Source: Malacoraja senta
Lineage: Eukaryota
NCBI GenBank assembly: GCA_038087875.1
Contig: CM075980.1
Location: forward strand, 868,001 to 932,000
Direction of reading: 5' to 3'
DNA length: 64,000 bases
Part shown: in pieces, positions 12,536-24,886 of the stretch
Numbering within the stretch: position 1 is the first letter of the stretch
How the letters are laid out: the number at the start of each line of letters is the position of its first letter
The notes under the pieces: model-generated
The model's input: the letters and a program-made list of their open reading frames with translations, nothing else
Database searches by the model: none
What the model was told of the DNA's origin: nothing
Translations under genes and position numbers: made by a program

Positions 12536-15500
12536 TTGATGATGATATCCTTGAGATAAAACAAGTGCTTGCCAAGATGGTGTGTTGCCATTATCTTTTT
12601 TTTAAAGAAGTATGATTTACTGATTAGTATGTTTTAAAATGAAAAGTAAAGAAAATTTGATTTTTTTCAAGCAAATAATAATTATAACCCGTGTCTTATG
12701 TCATAAAAGCACCAAGGTAATAGAATACATGCAGCCCCTTAGTTACATTAGGTAATGGATATTTCCCCTTACAAAATTCAAAATTACAAATAAAAATTCT
12801 GAGATGCAAATTAAAAAATTGCTTACAATTATTTTGTGGGGATGGTGTAAATAAACATAAATTACATTATTATAACACTATTATTGAAACATGTACAGAT
12901 GACATGGCTTTGCGTTACAGAAAATTGCGATACAATTCATTTTCTGGAAACGCCATCCCCACCCTCTCATGACGCGGATATTGCCCGAGTCATTTTGCAT
13001 AATCGTCATGTGATTGTAGTCTCTGCAGTCAATATTTCATTTGTCTCTAATATTGCTTTTCTTATGAGGAAAGCTAGAATTAATGTACAGAAATACCCAA
13101 GAATGCCCACAAAGGAAGGTGTGATACAAGGTCTGGAAAAATGGGCTTCTTCATTAGCTGTGATCTGTTCACATTAGGGTAATTAACACAAGTGCAGATT
13201 GCTGAACATCTGTGCATTTAACTCTTATGTCAGACTCTTACACACAACACACAGAAGCGGAGTACAAAATAGATGCTGCCAGCGATGTCCTTCCTATCAT
13301 TACACTGCACTCGAGCAGCATTACTACTCTTCATCCACCCCAGGCCACATTCACATTTGTATTCTCTTGTCAAGGGGTTGGAAGCAAAGTTCAGGCAGTT
13401 TGTTTTCTAGCTCTTGCCGGTCCTGAATTATGCATGATCAATTTATCATCCCCCCAACTGAAAACTAATTGTGTCCCCAGGATATATTTACTAGAAATTA
13501 TAGTTTGCCTTGTGAAGTCCCCAGGGTAGCTGAAAGCAGATGATGTGAGAGAAGTTGAACCTTACAATACGTGCTTGATGACTTCAGCTAGGGCATGGAT
13601 CTTTGATTTGCAACTTTTGTGTTTTAATTTGACAGAGATATTTTGCTCAGTAAACATACAAGAACACTCCCGCAGAGGAAGAAAAGCCTTAATCTGATCA
13701 AAAATGTCCAAAGGCAAATGGAATTGGGAATGTGTCCTGGCTAATAGAAAACCTTGTAGAGTATGTAGATAATTTGTTTATCGGTTGGGTAGCATTACAT
13801 TTATGAAATTACTTTGCTCCTGGGCAATGGAAAGTGAAGAATGAGAGATGAGGAATAAAATTGCGATGGTCTTCTAGCTGCAGGGGTACTAGGATAGCGG
13901 CTTTTGCTGATAGCACGTTCACATTTGCAGCCAGACAGGCGACTGCAGATCATCTGCCCTTTCATTAATCGAGAAATGGCACATTAGCAAGCACAGGTTA
14001 GCTCATCTATTCACTGATGTTCTGCATGATCAACTGCAGCCTCTATGGCTTTTTAAAATATTAAATACTGATAGCTGACTTGTCTCTGCTGTCTTTGATT
14101 CCTTCCATCAATCATGCCAGCTGCAATTTTGCACCAAACCTCCATGAAGCCTCATGCTGACCCTGTCTGCTTTTGTGCAGCAAAGTGTGGATCCTTCTAA
14201 TTACAAGCCAGAGCAACGCAGCGGGTGTGGAGGCTTGCTGAGCGACTTAGCCCACACCTGATAAGGCTTTCTCGTAGGAAGAAGCGCTTACGCACTTAAG
14301 CGTGCTCACCGAGATACCTAATTATCTGTAACTCTCAGGTTGTGTAAAAGAAAAAGCTAAAGGGATGAAATAAGGAATGGTTCCCCTGCTGTGACTGCAG
14401 CTTTTCACAGCTGATTAGATCTGAGCACTGATAAAGCTGTTGAAAGCTGCCAGGAGGTGGTATGGTTTTCCTGGGGATGCAGAATTGTAGAGAATGGGGG
14501 CAGGGGAGCAGTATCCCAAAGAAGCATGGTGTAAAATAGCATGTTGAATCGTCTTGTCCTGTGGGGACACAATAGAGACAAGATTAACCCATTTACTGTT
14601 TCACTTCTCTTCTGAAATCTGGTACAGTGTGATTTCTACAATTCATCCAGAGCAAGGAAGAACTTCAAATACAATTCCATGAAGCTGAAGCAAACTGATA
14701 ACAGATTAAAGAGAGCAGCATATCCCTTTAACTTGGGATAAGCTGGTTTGCCTTTCACTGCCAAGCCTTTCATTTTTTCTCGTGCTAGCTGTTTGAGCTA
14801 CAAGGCCAAAACTGAGGGAGACTTGGATTAGCTTCTGTGCTGACAATGCCTGCAGGCTGATAGCCTGGTAGGAACAGCATGAAACACAAGGCGATTGGCT
14901 TGACTGTGCCTTTTATAGTGGTATTCTAACAGCAACCAAGAATTGAAGGCTTGCATAAATTTTCGATGATGTCCGTCCTTAACAATTTAGGATTCTTTCA
15001 TTCTCTCTCCAAATTCAGTGTTCGTAAAATTAAGATGGGCAACTTGAATTCTCTTATTGCACTGTGGACATTAATACATCTGCCTTTTTAATTTATTTTT
15101 CCTAAAATTATAGTTTCTGAGGAAGACTAGATGGATATGTATACATTTAGGTGTAAGTAACATAAATTAAAATTCCTAATTGCTATGGTTAAATGTGACA
15201 TGAGATTAGTTTTTAAAAATCCTTTTGGACTGCAACTGCTCCATATATAGTCATATTAATTACATAGACTGAAGTATTAGAGATTTTACTGTGACTTAAT
15301 GGAGGTTTACAATTGTGGAAATGTTGAAGTTTATGTTTAATGTTGCTTTTAATCATTTCTTTTAATATACAAATTAGTCTCCAAGGAACCCTCTGCTAAA
15401 TGTTTAGTGTTGCAACACACAGGATGCAATATTACTGCTATTTAACTGACATCTGTGGTTTGTAATGAGGTGAGACAGCCTCTAAGAAATGGCGTTTCTT

Positions 15501-15704
15501 AAAAGCACTTTTAACTTCACCCTGACTGCAGCATGAAAGCAACTGCAGCACAACCTAGCGGCCTTTGAATCATCTTAATTTCTAATATCAAAACAAAATT
15601 CTTTGCAAATTCAACAGATTTTCACTTTTCACAAATCTTGGCAGTATAGCTGCATGATGTTTTATTATGTTTAACTGCACAAGTACAATGGCCTTCTGTC
15701 CCTT

Positions 15705-16712
15705 GACAGCACCATTATTCCCCCCAAAACCTATCACCAAGCTCGGAACCGGGTCTCTGCACATCCCTTTGTAACTGGATCCTCAACTTCCTCATTAGCA
15801 AAACACAATCAGTACGAATTGGCAAAATTTCCTCAATAACCATCAGCACAGAGGCATCTGAAGGCTGTATGTTCAGCCCTCTGCTCTACCCGCTCTATAC
15901 CCATGCCTGTGTAGCTGGTCACAGTCCCAACACTATCTTTAAATTAGCTGACGACACCACTCTTGTTGGATGAATTACGGATAATGGGGAGTCAGAGTAT
16001 AGGAAGGAGATCAATTGAACGGTGGCAGAACAGCAACTTTGCTCTTAATGTCATTAAAACCAAGGAACTGATTGTTGACTTTAGAAGAGGAAGGTCAAGG
16101 ATTCACAAACCTGTCTTCATCAATGGGTTGGTGGTGGAGAGTGTCAACAACTTCCTTAGAACTTCTTGAGAGTTAAGGTTCTGGGCATATATCTCTCTGA
16201 AGATCTGTCCTGGACCCAGCACATTGATGCAGTCAGAAAAAAACACCATAATTGCCTCTACTTCCTTAGAAGATTGAGGAGATTCAACCCACACCACCCT
16301 GGCCACACTCTCATTTCACTCTTGCTGTCAGGAAGAAGGTATAGGAGTCTGAAAACTCCAAGGTCCAGGTTCATGAACAGCTTCTTTCCAGCAAACATCA
16401 GGTTACTGCGAACTCCAACTAAACTCTAAACTATGAACTGCCTTGCTTGCCCTCGGGACTTTGGACTTTGTTTTTGCACAATATTAGGTTTTCTATTTAT
16501 TTAACTTTTTTTTGTTTGTTTATATCCATCGAGTATTGTGTTTACAAAACCTGTTAATAAACACAAAATGCTGGAGTATCTCTGGAAAAAAGGAATAGGT
16601 GACATTTCAGGTCAAGACCCTTCTTCAGACTTACAAAACCTGTTGTGCTGCTGCTGTAAGAATGTCATTGTTCTGTTTCAGTCCATATGGCAATAAAACA
16701 CTCTTGACCTGA
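15705..16712 (+). mobile_element. Rex1/Babar-type LINE, decayed RT plus 3' UTR
   Basis: Pieces translate to [65 protein letters not shown] and RFMNSFFP. Confidence 0.9.
16556..16630 (-). mobile_element. PLE terminal-repeat fragment nested in the Rex 3' UTR
   Basis: acacaaaatgctggagta..gacccttcttcagac; 14-bp TSD ttacaaaacctgtt at 16542-16555 and 16631-16644. Confidence 0.85.
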
Positions 16713-18010
16713 CCCATGCACTTTGCCAATATGATTGCATACTTTCAAATGTACTTGCTTATAGTACTGGAGTTATTTTATGTACATTATGCAGAATTAA
16801 CTTTTTTCTGACCTCTTTTGCCTTTTTTTCATTTAAGTTATCTTTCAATACTGAATTTCATGTTAAAATTAAGCAGGATAGCTTTATCTCGTACCTAACC
16901 TGTTAGTCAATGATATTAAACTTCAAAATTGTGCTTATTTTCAAAACTATTGCTCTCTCACCTCAGTAACTGCATTTTGATAATTTGTGAACCATGAACC
17001 TGTATCGGGTTTGATGTACGAGCACATTAACCAGCATCAGCGGGATGTCAGTCTCGTGGTTGCAGAAAAACGGTTTCATGCTTTCCCACACTACTGAATT
17101 ATTGATTTGTATGTCAAGATAAAAAGTACTTTCCCACAGTATTGAAATTACCATTCTAGGTGGGTCACGACTAATTGCACAAATTAACCTGTCTAATTAC
17201 ACTCGTAACTAAGTTTTTGATGAGATGTGCAAGCTGATACTGTTGTGGATCTGATCTTTTGGTTGTATGGCCTGATAATCATGTGAGTAAAAGTGCTGTG
17301 CCAGAGTCTGGTCGGTAGCGGTGATATTAGATGTTCAGTGATACTAGATTTGTCTTTGGATGTTTTCTACATTGCTTCAAGATATAAGTGCATACAAATG
17401 TGGCATTCCTTGTAGGTTAGAAATTTAGCCATAATATTAACATTCAAAATCTCCAGTTTGTTAGTGGGTATAAAATACTGACAATTACAGAGCCAAGATC
17501 CTTTTAGTTTTAGTTATTAATCATATTTCCCAGGCAAAATTGGAAGTCAATTTATGGTGCCAGTTTTATATATTTGAAAGATTCAAATATATTCACAAAG
17601 TCTGACATTGCTGCTCATTCATGGTCTGGTTGAAAGTCTTTGAAGATTGAAATCATAGCAGAGGAAAGGAACAGAAAGCTAACTTTAGATGCTGCAAGGA
17701 TTATTCACAGATTGTGTCATTCTGGTCCTGTTCTTGAAGAAAGAAAACTTATTGAAGCCATGAATCTATTAAGTGCCAATGTGACAAAGCTGCACTGTTG
17801 CAGCTGGCTTTTGGGTTGAATATAACTCATCAGCAACAATAGAGCTTTGCCACAGTGTAATGATTAATAACTCTTTTCTAAACCAAGATTGCTTCAAGTA
17901 GAACTCGCTGATATCACTGATTATTACTTCTTCAAATCAACAGATAAAAATGCTATTTTAACCAGATTAAAAAGTGTTAAAATATCTGATTGCATTGTAA
18001 TGGAGAGTTA

Positions 18011-18396
18011 TGGGCCTGTCCCACTTAGGCGATTTTTTAGGCGACTGGGCTGTCGCCACATGGTCGTGAGTAATCTCCTCAGTTGCCCAAAGAGTCGTCG
18101 TGTCTTTCTGGTCGCCGCTGGATTTTCAACATGTTGAACATTTTTCGGAGACAGTTGGCGACAGTGGGTTTGACGCCAATGAGCGTAGCTTGACTTCTCC
18201 TGACCTAGTTGCTGTCGTAGTTGTCGCCAGGTTAACGTTAAGTAGGTTGTCGCCGGTGCTGACTTCGTTTTTGTTGTTGTTAAAGTAATGATTCTATTTC
18301 AAATTCTATGTCGAAGAGGGTCCAGTCGCCGGTTTTTCGGTGACCTGCTACGACTATGACAGTCGCCTAAAAATAGCCTAAAGTGGGAAAGGCCCA
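18011..18396. mobile_element. PIF/Harbinger-type MITE
   Basis: TIRs tgggcctgtcccacttaggcgattttttaggcgact ... agtcgcctaaaaatagcctaaagtgggaaaggccca; left flank TTA; CpG-rich interior shared with 39642-39843. Confidence 0.8.
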
Positions 18397-19104
18397 TGCG
18401 GGTCAGGTGGGAGAACTCATGAAGTCTCCCTTCTGGTCAACCACTAAATAGTTACTTATTTTCAACAAATGACTGACTCTGTTTACATTGAAGATTAGAT
18501 CCAGACTGAATCCAATGTTTGCTGTTTACTTTCCAAAACAAACTAGTCATAGTTCGCTGTCAACTTTTAGAGAAAAGCTTCACACCAGCTTGCTTAAAAG
18601 CTGCACCGGGAGTTTTTTTCAGTGGTTTACAACTAGAGGTGATTTATTGGTTGCAGTTTGTATGTCTTTTACATTAGAAATTAAAGGTGATATGGTCAGT
18701 TCCTAGTGTATATAAAACGTATTCCACTTCCAATGTTACGAGAATATTTAAAGAGTGTTTGAGGCATCCTGAGGTCCTAAAAAACATTAAATAAATCTGT
18801 CTTTTGTTGGTGTTACTGATTTCCTCTTCCTGTCGTCTGGGTCAATAGGTTGGTCGATTATGTATTTCCCTGTCGGGGTCACTTTCCTGTAGTCAGAAGC
18901 GTGCTCAAGAGTTGATGACATGAATAGCTTGTGACATTTTGTCTGAGGCAGTAATCGTCTCGCCTACACGTAGTTTGCTTAGTAGTTGGAATGATGGTGG
19001 AGTTCAAGAAGATGCAAGTCATTCCATCAGTCTCAATTATGACTCAATAGGTGCATATTATTGGTTCATATGGTTGATATATGTAAAAGGTATAAATGTG
19101 AGCA

Positions 19105-19460
19105 ATTTGTCCTGGAGCAGCCGCATCAAAGCAATGTCCAAGAAAGCACACTAAGCCTCTACTTCCTTAGAAGGCCAACAAAGTTTGTCATGTCCCCGAC
19201 AACCCCCTCCAACATATACAGATGCGCCATAGAAAGCATTTTTATCGGGATGCATCACATCACGGTTGCTGAACAACTCCATCCAAGACCATAAGAAATT
19301 GCAGAGAGTTGGGAATGTAGCCCAGACTTTCACGCAAACCAACCATTGACAATGGAAGACATTCGAACTATCTTTATTCAGACTTTATTGGACTTTATTA
19401 TCACACTAAATATGATACCATTATCCTGTACCTGTATGGCTTGATTGTCATCGTGCATAA
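19105..19460 (+). mobile_element. Rex1/Babar LINE 3' fragment
   Basis: LSW...I.AMSKKAH, LYFLRR..KF.MSPTT..N.YRCAIESI and KKLQRV..VAQ. Confidence 0.85.
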
Positions 19461-19544
19461 TCATGTATTGGTTTACTTTTCTTAATATGCTTCACTAATA
19501 ATCACATTTCACTCCATATTACATTTTTATTCATTCACAAGATA

Positions 19545-20660
19545 TTGGAAACCTGATAAGGCGCACCATTTTTTTTACCCAACCTGATTACCCTTTAGCA
19601 TAGCCGCTAACTGCCGCAGTCCTTGTGGTGAACCAACACCCACAGTGTTGTTCAGTCAAGAGTTGCAGGATTTTGATTTGATGATTATTGTGAGGTGGCA
19701 GGGTATTTCCAAGCCTGGCTGCTGCAGACTGGCCTGCGTTTCTTTGCACCTGCCACCCTGTCTTTCTGGTGGTGCTGTCAAGGATGCCCAGGTAATTTGC
19801 AGGAATGTGTCATATTCCTCTATATTGTGCACTGCAGCCATTGTTTCAGATATTGAGAATGTTTCAGGTATTGTACAAGGTGCTAATCTATTAGGTATCT
19901 ATTAGTGTTTAGGTATTGACTGGGCACATTTGTGATGAGTTACTCTCCTGATACCACAAACTTTACTGCCATATGTAAGGTGAGTGTGATGGAATACTTG
20001 ACTTTCCTGGGTAGACACAAAATGCTGGAGTAACTCAGCGGGTGAGGCAGCATCTATGGCGAGAAGGAATGGGCGACATTTCAGGTCGAGATCCTTCTTC
20101 AGACTTATGTCAGGAGAGGGACAAAGATAGACAGTAGGCGGAGACAGTAAGACTAGTGGGAGAACTGGGAAGGGGAAGGAGAGAGAAAGCAAGGGCTATC
20201 TGAAGTTAGAGAAGTCAATGTTCACACCGCTGGGGTATAAACTACCCAAGCAAAATATGAGGTGGTGTTCCTAAAATTTGCGCTGGGCCTTACTCTGACA
20301 ATGGAGGAGGCCCAGGACAGAAAGGTCAGATTGGGAATGGGAGGGGGTGTTGAAGTGCTGGGTCACCGGGAGATCAGATAGGTTAAGACGGACTGAGCGT
20401 AGGTGTTCAGCGAAACGATCGCCGCGCCTACGCTTCGTCTCCCCGATGTAGAGAAGTTGACACCTGGAACAGCGGATACAGTAGATGATGTTGGAGGAGG
20501 TGCAAATCTTGCGGTATCAGGATGTGAGTAACTCGCCAAAATGTACCTAGTCACTGGTCTCTTGTAGCCATGGTATTTAGTGTCTGGTCCAGTTGAATTT
20601 CTAAAATGTTGATGATGGATGACTCCGCAATAGAATAATTTTTGAATATCAGAATGAATG
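19545..20660 (-). mobile_element. Old non-LTR retrotransposon remnant (interrupted by PLE 20011-20510)
   Basis: cgcagtccttgtggtga..cccacagtgttgtt..gagttgcaggattttga is homologous to the - strand remnant at 50010-50450. Confidence 0.5.
20011..20510 (-). mobile_element. Penelope-like element 3' part: GIY-YIG endonuclease end, 3' UTR and terminal repeat
   Basis: Minus strand translates CTSSNIIYCIRCSRCQLLYIGETKRR.GDRFAEHLRSVR..LSVLGLLHCQS (IY..YIG = GIY-YIG), followed by the CTGAAGA terminal repeat. Confidence 0.9.
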
Positions 20661-20757
20661 GTAAATTCTGCACTCTGATATTTTTCTCTCTGCACTACTT
20701 GTCGTACTGTGTATGGATTGATTGTATTCTTGTATTTGACAGGGTAACGTGCAAACT

Positions 20758-22353
20758 AAGTCAAGGCAAGTCAAGTCACATTTATTTATATAGCACATTT
20801 AAAAAAACAACTCTCGTTGGCCAAAGCGCTTTACATTAATTATAAGAATAGCACAAACAAAACAAACTACATACATATATACACATGTAGCCCTCACTCA
20901 AAGGACGTCAGGAAAGGCTTGGGAGTATAGATAAGTTTTTAGTCTTGACTTAAAAGAGTCGATGGAGGGGGCAGTTCTGATGGGAAAGGGGTTGCTGTTC
21001 CACAGTCTAGGGGCTGCAACCGCAAAGGCGCGGTCGCCCCTGAGCTTATGCCTAGACCGTGGGATATTCAGCAACCCCAAGTCAGACGATCTGAGGGGCC
21101 TGGAGGTGGAGTGGTGGGTGAGAAGACTTTTTATGTAGGTGAGGGCTTTGTAGACATGGAGGAGGATCTTGAAGTTTATACGGAACCGCACAGGGAGCCA
21201 GTGGAGAGAGGCCAGGATCGGGGTGATGTGGTCCCTTTTTCGGGTGCCCGTCAGGAGTCTCGCTGCGGCGTTTTGGACCAGTTGCAGGCGGGACAGGGAA
21301 GATTGGCTGATGCCAGTGTAAAGGGGGTTGCAGTAATCTAGGTGGGAGGAGATGAATGTGGATGATCTTTTCGAGGTCATCAAACTGGAGGAATTGTTTT
21401 ATTTTAGCTATCGTCCGAAGCTGAAAGAAGCTAGCTTTTACCACGGCATTGACTTGTTTGTCAAATTTCAGTGCTGAGTCAAATATCACGCCAAGGATTT
21501 TGACGCGAGGTTTGAGTAGTGGGGTAAGGCTTCCAAGGCTGCCTGCTATCATTTTGATTGCGTCCGAGGGGCCGAGAAGGATGACCTCAGACTTACTCTC
21601 GTTTAGTTGGAGGAAGTTCTGGGCCATCCAGCACTTTATATCCTTGAGGCAGCGGGTAAGGTTAAGCAGATTTGATTGGTTTTTGGGCTTCAGGGGGAGA
21701 TAGAGTTGTGTATCGTCTGCGTAGCAATGGAAGGAAATGCCATGCCTTTCAATGACTTGGCCTAAGGGGAGCATATACAGGGAGAAGAGAATGGGGCCAA
21801 GGATGGAACCTTGTGGAACCCCACAGCAGAGATTAGCTGGGGAGGAGAAAGAGTTGCCTATGTTAGTCGAGAAACTCCTACCTTTGAGGTAGGAGATGAA
21901 CCAGCTCAGGGCAGTGCCATCAATACCAACCCCGTACCGGAGACGGTCAATTAGGATGGTGTGGTCGACAGTATCAAATGCTGTGCTGAGGTCAAGAAGG
22001 AGCAGAATTGCACCGTCGCCGGAGTCAACGGTGAGCAGTAGGTCATTGTGTACCTTCAACAAGGCAGACTCTGTGCTATGGTGAGCCCTGAAACCTGATT
22101 GGAAAGTTTCCAAGATAGTGTTTTGGTGAAGGTAAGGTATAAGTTGACTTAAAATTACCTTTTCAAGGGCTTTTGAGAGGAAAGGCAGTTTAGAAATGGG
22201 TCTTTAGTTGCTTGGCAAGGTGGGGTCGAGGTTAGGTTTTTTCAGGAGTGGTTGGACCACCGCATGCTTGAAGCAGGTAGGTACAGTGCCAGTGGCCAGA
22301 GAGCTGTTGAAGATGGCGAGGATGCTGGGACCAGCTGTTGTAATGACGTTCCT
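20758..22353 (-). mobile_element. Young L2-clade LINE, 5'-truncated, RT domain nearly intact
   Basis: ORF 21082-22113: QSGFRAHHSTESAL, LLDLSTAFDTVDH, GVPQGSILGPILF, YADDTQLY; C-terminus HITPILASLHWLPV..FKSRLKTYL; 3' end tgtaaagcgctttg..aaatgtgctatataaataaa followed by (gactt)n. Confidence 0.95.
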
Positions 22354-22382
22354 GCAAGTCTCTGTGCACGTGGCATTAATAA

Positions 22383-22702
22383 ACGAATGTGCGCAAGGGC
22401 CTATACTCAAACGCTAAATTACCATTTGGAGTTATGTCATCACCAATAATGTTCCAGTTGACCATGGGCAAGATCCTATAAGGTAGAGACCATTGCCTCT
22501 GTAGTCAGGACAACCTCCTCATTGCCAATACTCCTGACAATGAAAGGTATTGATTTTTAGAAGAGGTCTTTAGATGTCCATATCATAATGGACTGTTACT
22601 TGCACAAAATAAATACACTGTCTCTCGCCAGAAGCCATCTATCTCAAATTAAAGGTGGATGCCAATATTTTACAACCAGTTATAGACAAAATTGAAAATA
22701 TA
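22383..22702 (+). mobile_element. Highly decayed Ty3/Gypsy RT fossil (possible integrase relic to ~23340)
   Basis: Frame from 22383: KGLYSNAKLPFGVMSSPIMFQLTMGKIL*G...CSQDNLLI...LEEVFR..NGLLLAQNK, then KVDANILQPVIDKIENI after a frameshift; compare Gypsy RT KGLF.Y.RLPFG.SSAPAIFQRTMD.IL.G..CYLDDILI..LEEVL.RL...GL.L...K. Confidence 0.7.
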
Positions 22703-23449
22703 TAGTTTCAGTGAGTCATCATTGACACGACAAGGACATGGATGCTTGTATGTGAACTTAAAGGAGTGTCAGGAGAAGGTGATAGCATTTGCACGGAGCA
22801 CTTCAAATAAAAGTGAGTGGAATTATATGTAGATAAACACGGAAAAGTATAACACGCTCTTGGTCCACCGTGATTGTGCTGACCATGATGACAAATTAAA
22901 ACCATGCTGCAATTGTTGGGTCATGAAACAGCTGCAATTATTGGGTCAAAATAGTTTTCTATAAAACTTTCAATTCGGTCAAAGATCACAACAGAATTCC
23001 TGACCGGCTGTGAGAGCTTCTGGAATGCAGAGGTGGGGGTTCTGTTATCCAATTGAGTATTGTTCTTGCAAACAAAAAGTAATCAAATATGCTTTGTCTT
23101 GCCAACTGCACAAGAAATATGATAAACATGGTGTATTTATGATCATTACCTTGTAACAAAGAATTGGTGATGGATTCCAGTCACAACAAAAAAAAATTGA
23201 CAAACATCACAAAGGCTTGTTGCAGAAGGCATACTGAGGAACATTTTCAGCCTGTTTGTATTTGTCCAATATAGAATTGTGACACAATGTGGCCATTTTG
23301 TAAAATGAAAATGCCCTAAATATTAAAATGTGCCTTCAGAATTCATAACCACGCTTTTTCTGTCTATCTTCAGTTTAAACCAACATCTGCAGTTCCTTCC
23401 TATACAAAATTATAAATGTGAAGGTTGTTGCCAGACCCTTAGTATACTG

Positions 23450-23576
23450 TGTAGGAAAGAACTGCAGATACTGGTTTAAATCAAAGGTAGACACAAAATG
23501 CTGGAGTAACTCAAGCAGCATCTCTGGAGAGAAGGAGTGGGTGACATTTCGGGTCGAGACCTTTCTTCAGACTGAT
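23450..23576 (-). mobile_element. PLE terminal repeat (a second short + strand tail lies at ~23355-23405)
   Basis: gtgtaggaaagaactgcagatactggtttaaa..gtagacacaaaatgctggagtaactca..cttcagact; target cttagtatactg at 23438, 23577 and 23596. Confidence 0.85.
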
Positions 23577-24886
23577 CTTAGTATACTGAGTACACCTTAG
23601 TATACTGAATATTAATTGATAAAGATCTAAAAAATTTAGAGCCAACATGTACAATCTTAAACACCTCTGCTCTAGGGAGATCGGACCTAGCTGAATTCTT
23701 CAACTTCAGTAATCTGTTTTTTCTGAATGGGCTATGTCATCTATTGGTGATATTGGCTTTGTTTTTCTACCGTCAGCACAACCTGACCTGATGGCATGTC
23801 CTGCATTGCACAACATTCCTTTGTCTGCGTGCCTTAATTTCGTAATTTTTCTAAACTAAAGCCATCTTCTCCTTTCCTACCTCACCCCCCCTCCCCCCCC
23901 CCTCCAAGTTGTTTTCTCTCCTTCCCAGTTCTAATGAAGGATCTTCAACCTGAAATGTTAACTCTTTCTCTTTCCTTAGATACTGCCTGACCTAATTAAT
24001 ACCATATATTTTAGTCTTTATGTACATACATTCTAAGTGGATTGAAATTAGATGAAGGATTGTGTACCACAAACATAAAACTGAGGGTTTAAGATTGATT
24101 TTTGCAAGGCATGATGTATGTGAAGAGTTATTTATAATATTGGACTTCATTTCATGTCATTGTCTATTTAAATAATCCATGAGTTGTACTTCTGATCGGT
24201 AGTGATTCCCAAAATGCTGATTGTGGGAGACTTGATGATGGTAATGCTATTGAATGTCCAGGGTTGATGGTTCGATTCTTTTTGAGAAGGTCATTGTGTG
24301 ACGCTTTTGGGGTCGTTATTACTTGCCACATTCAGCCCACGCCAGAATGTGTGAAGGTCTTGCTGAAGCAAGCTTCATTTATGAATGAAGTTGCAAATGG
24401 AATTGGGCATTGTGCAATTGTTACCAGACATCCCCACTTCTGACCTTATAAATTGAACCCAGTAGAGCTTTTGTCCAACTGCTGTAGTGACCCAGATTCA
24501 ATCCCAACCTCGAGTGGTATTTATAATTCTTCTATGGGTTTCCTATGGATGCTCTTATTTCCTCTTGCCTCACAAAATCATGTTGGCATAAAATTGGTTA
24601 CTTTATATTGCACTTATTGTGGAAGTGGTAGGATCTGGTGGGGGGGGGGGTGGAGAGATGTTTGAAATGATGGGAATGTGAACAGTTTACAGAAACCAGT
24701 TAGTGTGCTCTCCACTGTACACCTGTGGAAGTTCAATTATACTGTTCAGTGTCATGCTGAATCTCCCCAAAGTTCTGAGGAAGTAGGGCTTGATGTGTTT
24801 GCTGGAAGATCACTTCGTATTTTTAGTTCAGTTTTGTAGTTTCACCAGGTTGGCTCTTTTTGATTCAGTGTCTGGATCCTCTTCAA

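Noticed and set aside
21082-22113. 343-aa ORF (and 246-aa ORF at 41914) as a host gene or domesticated RT
   Set aside because: Truncated, frameshifted L2 ORF2 fragments present in two copies, one with an intact LINE 3' tail.
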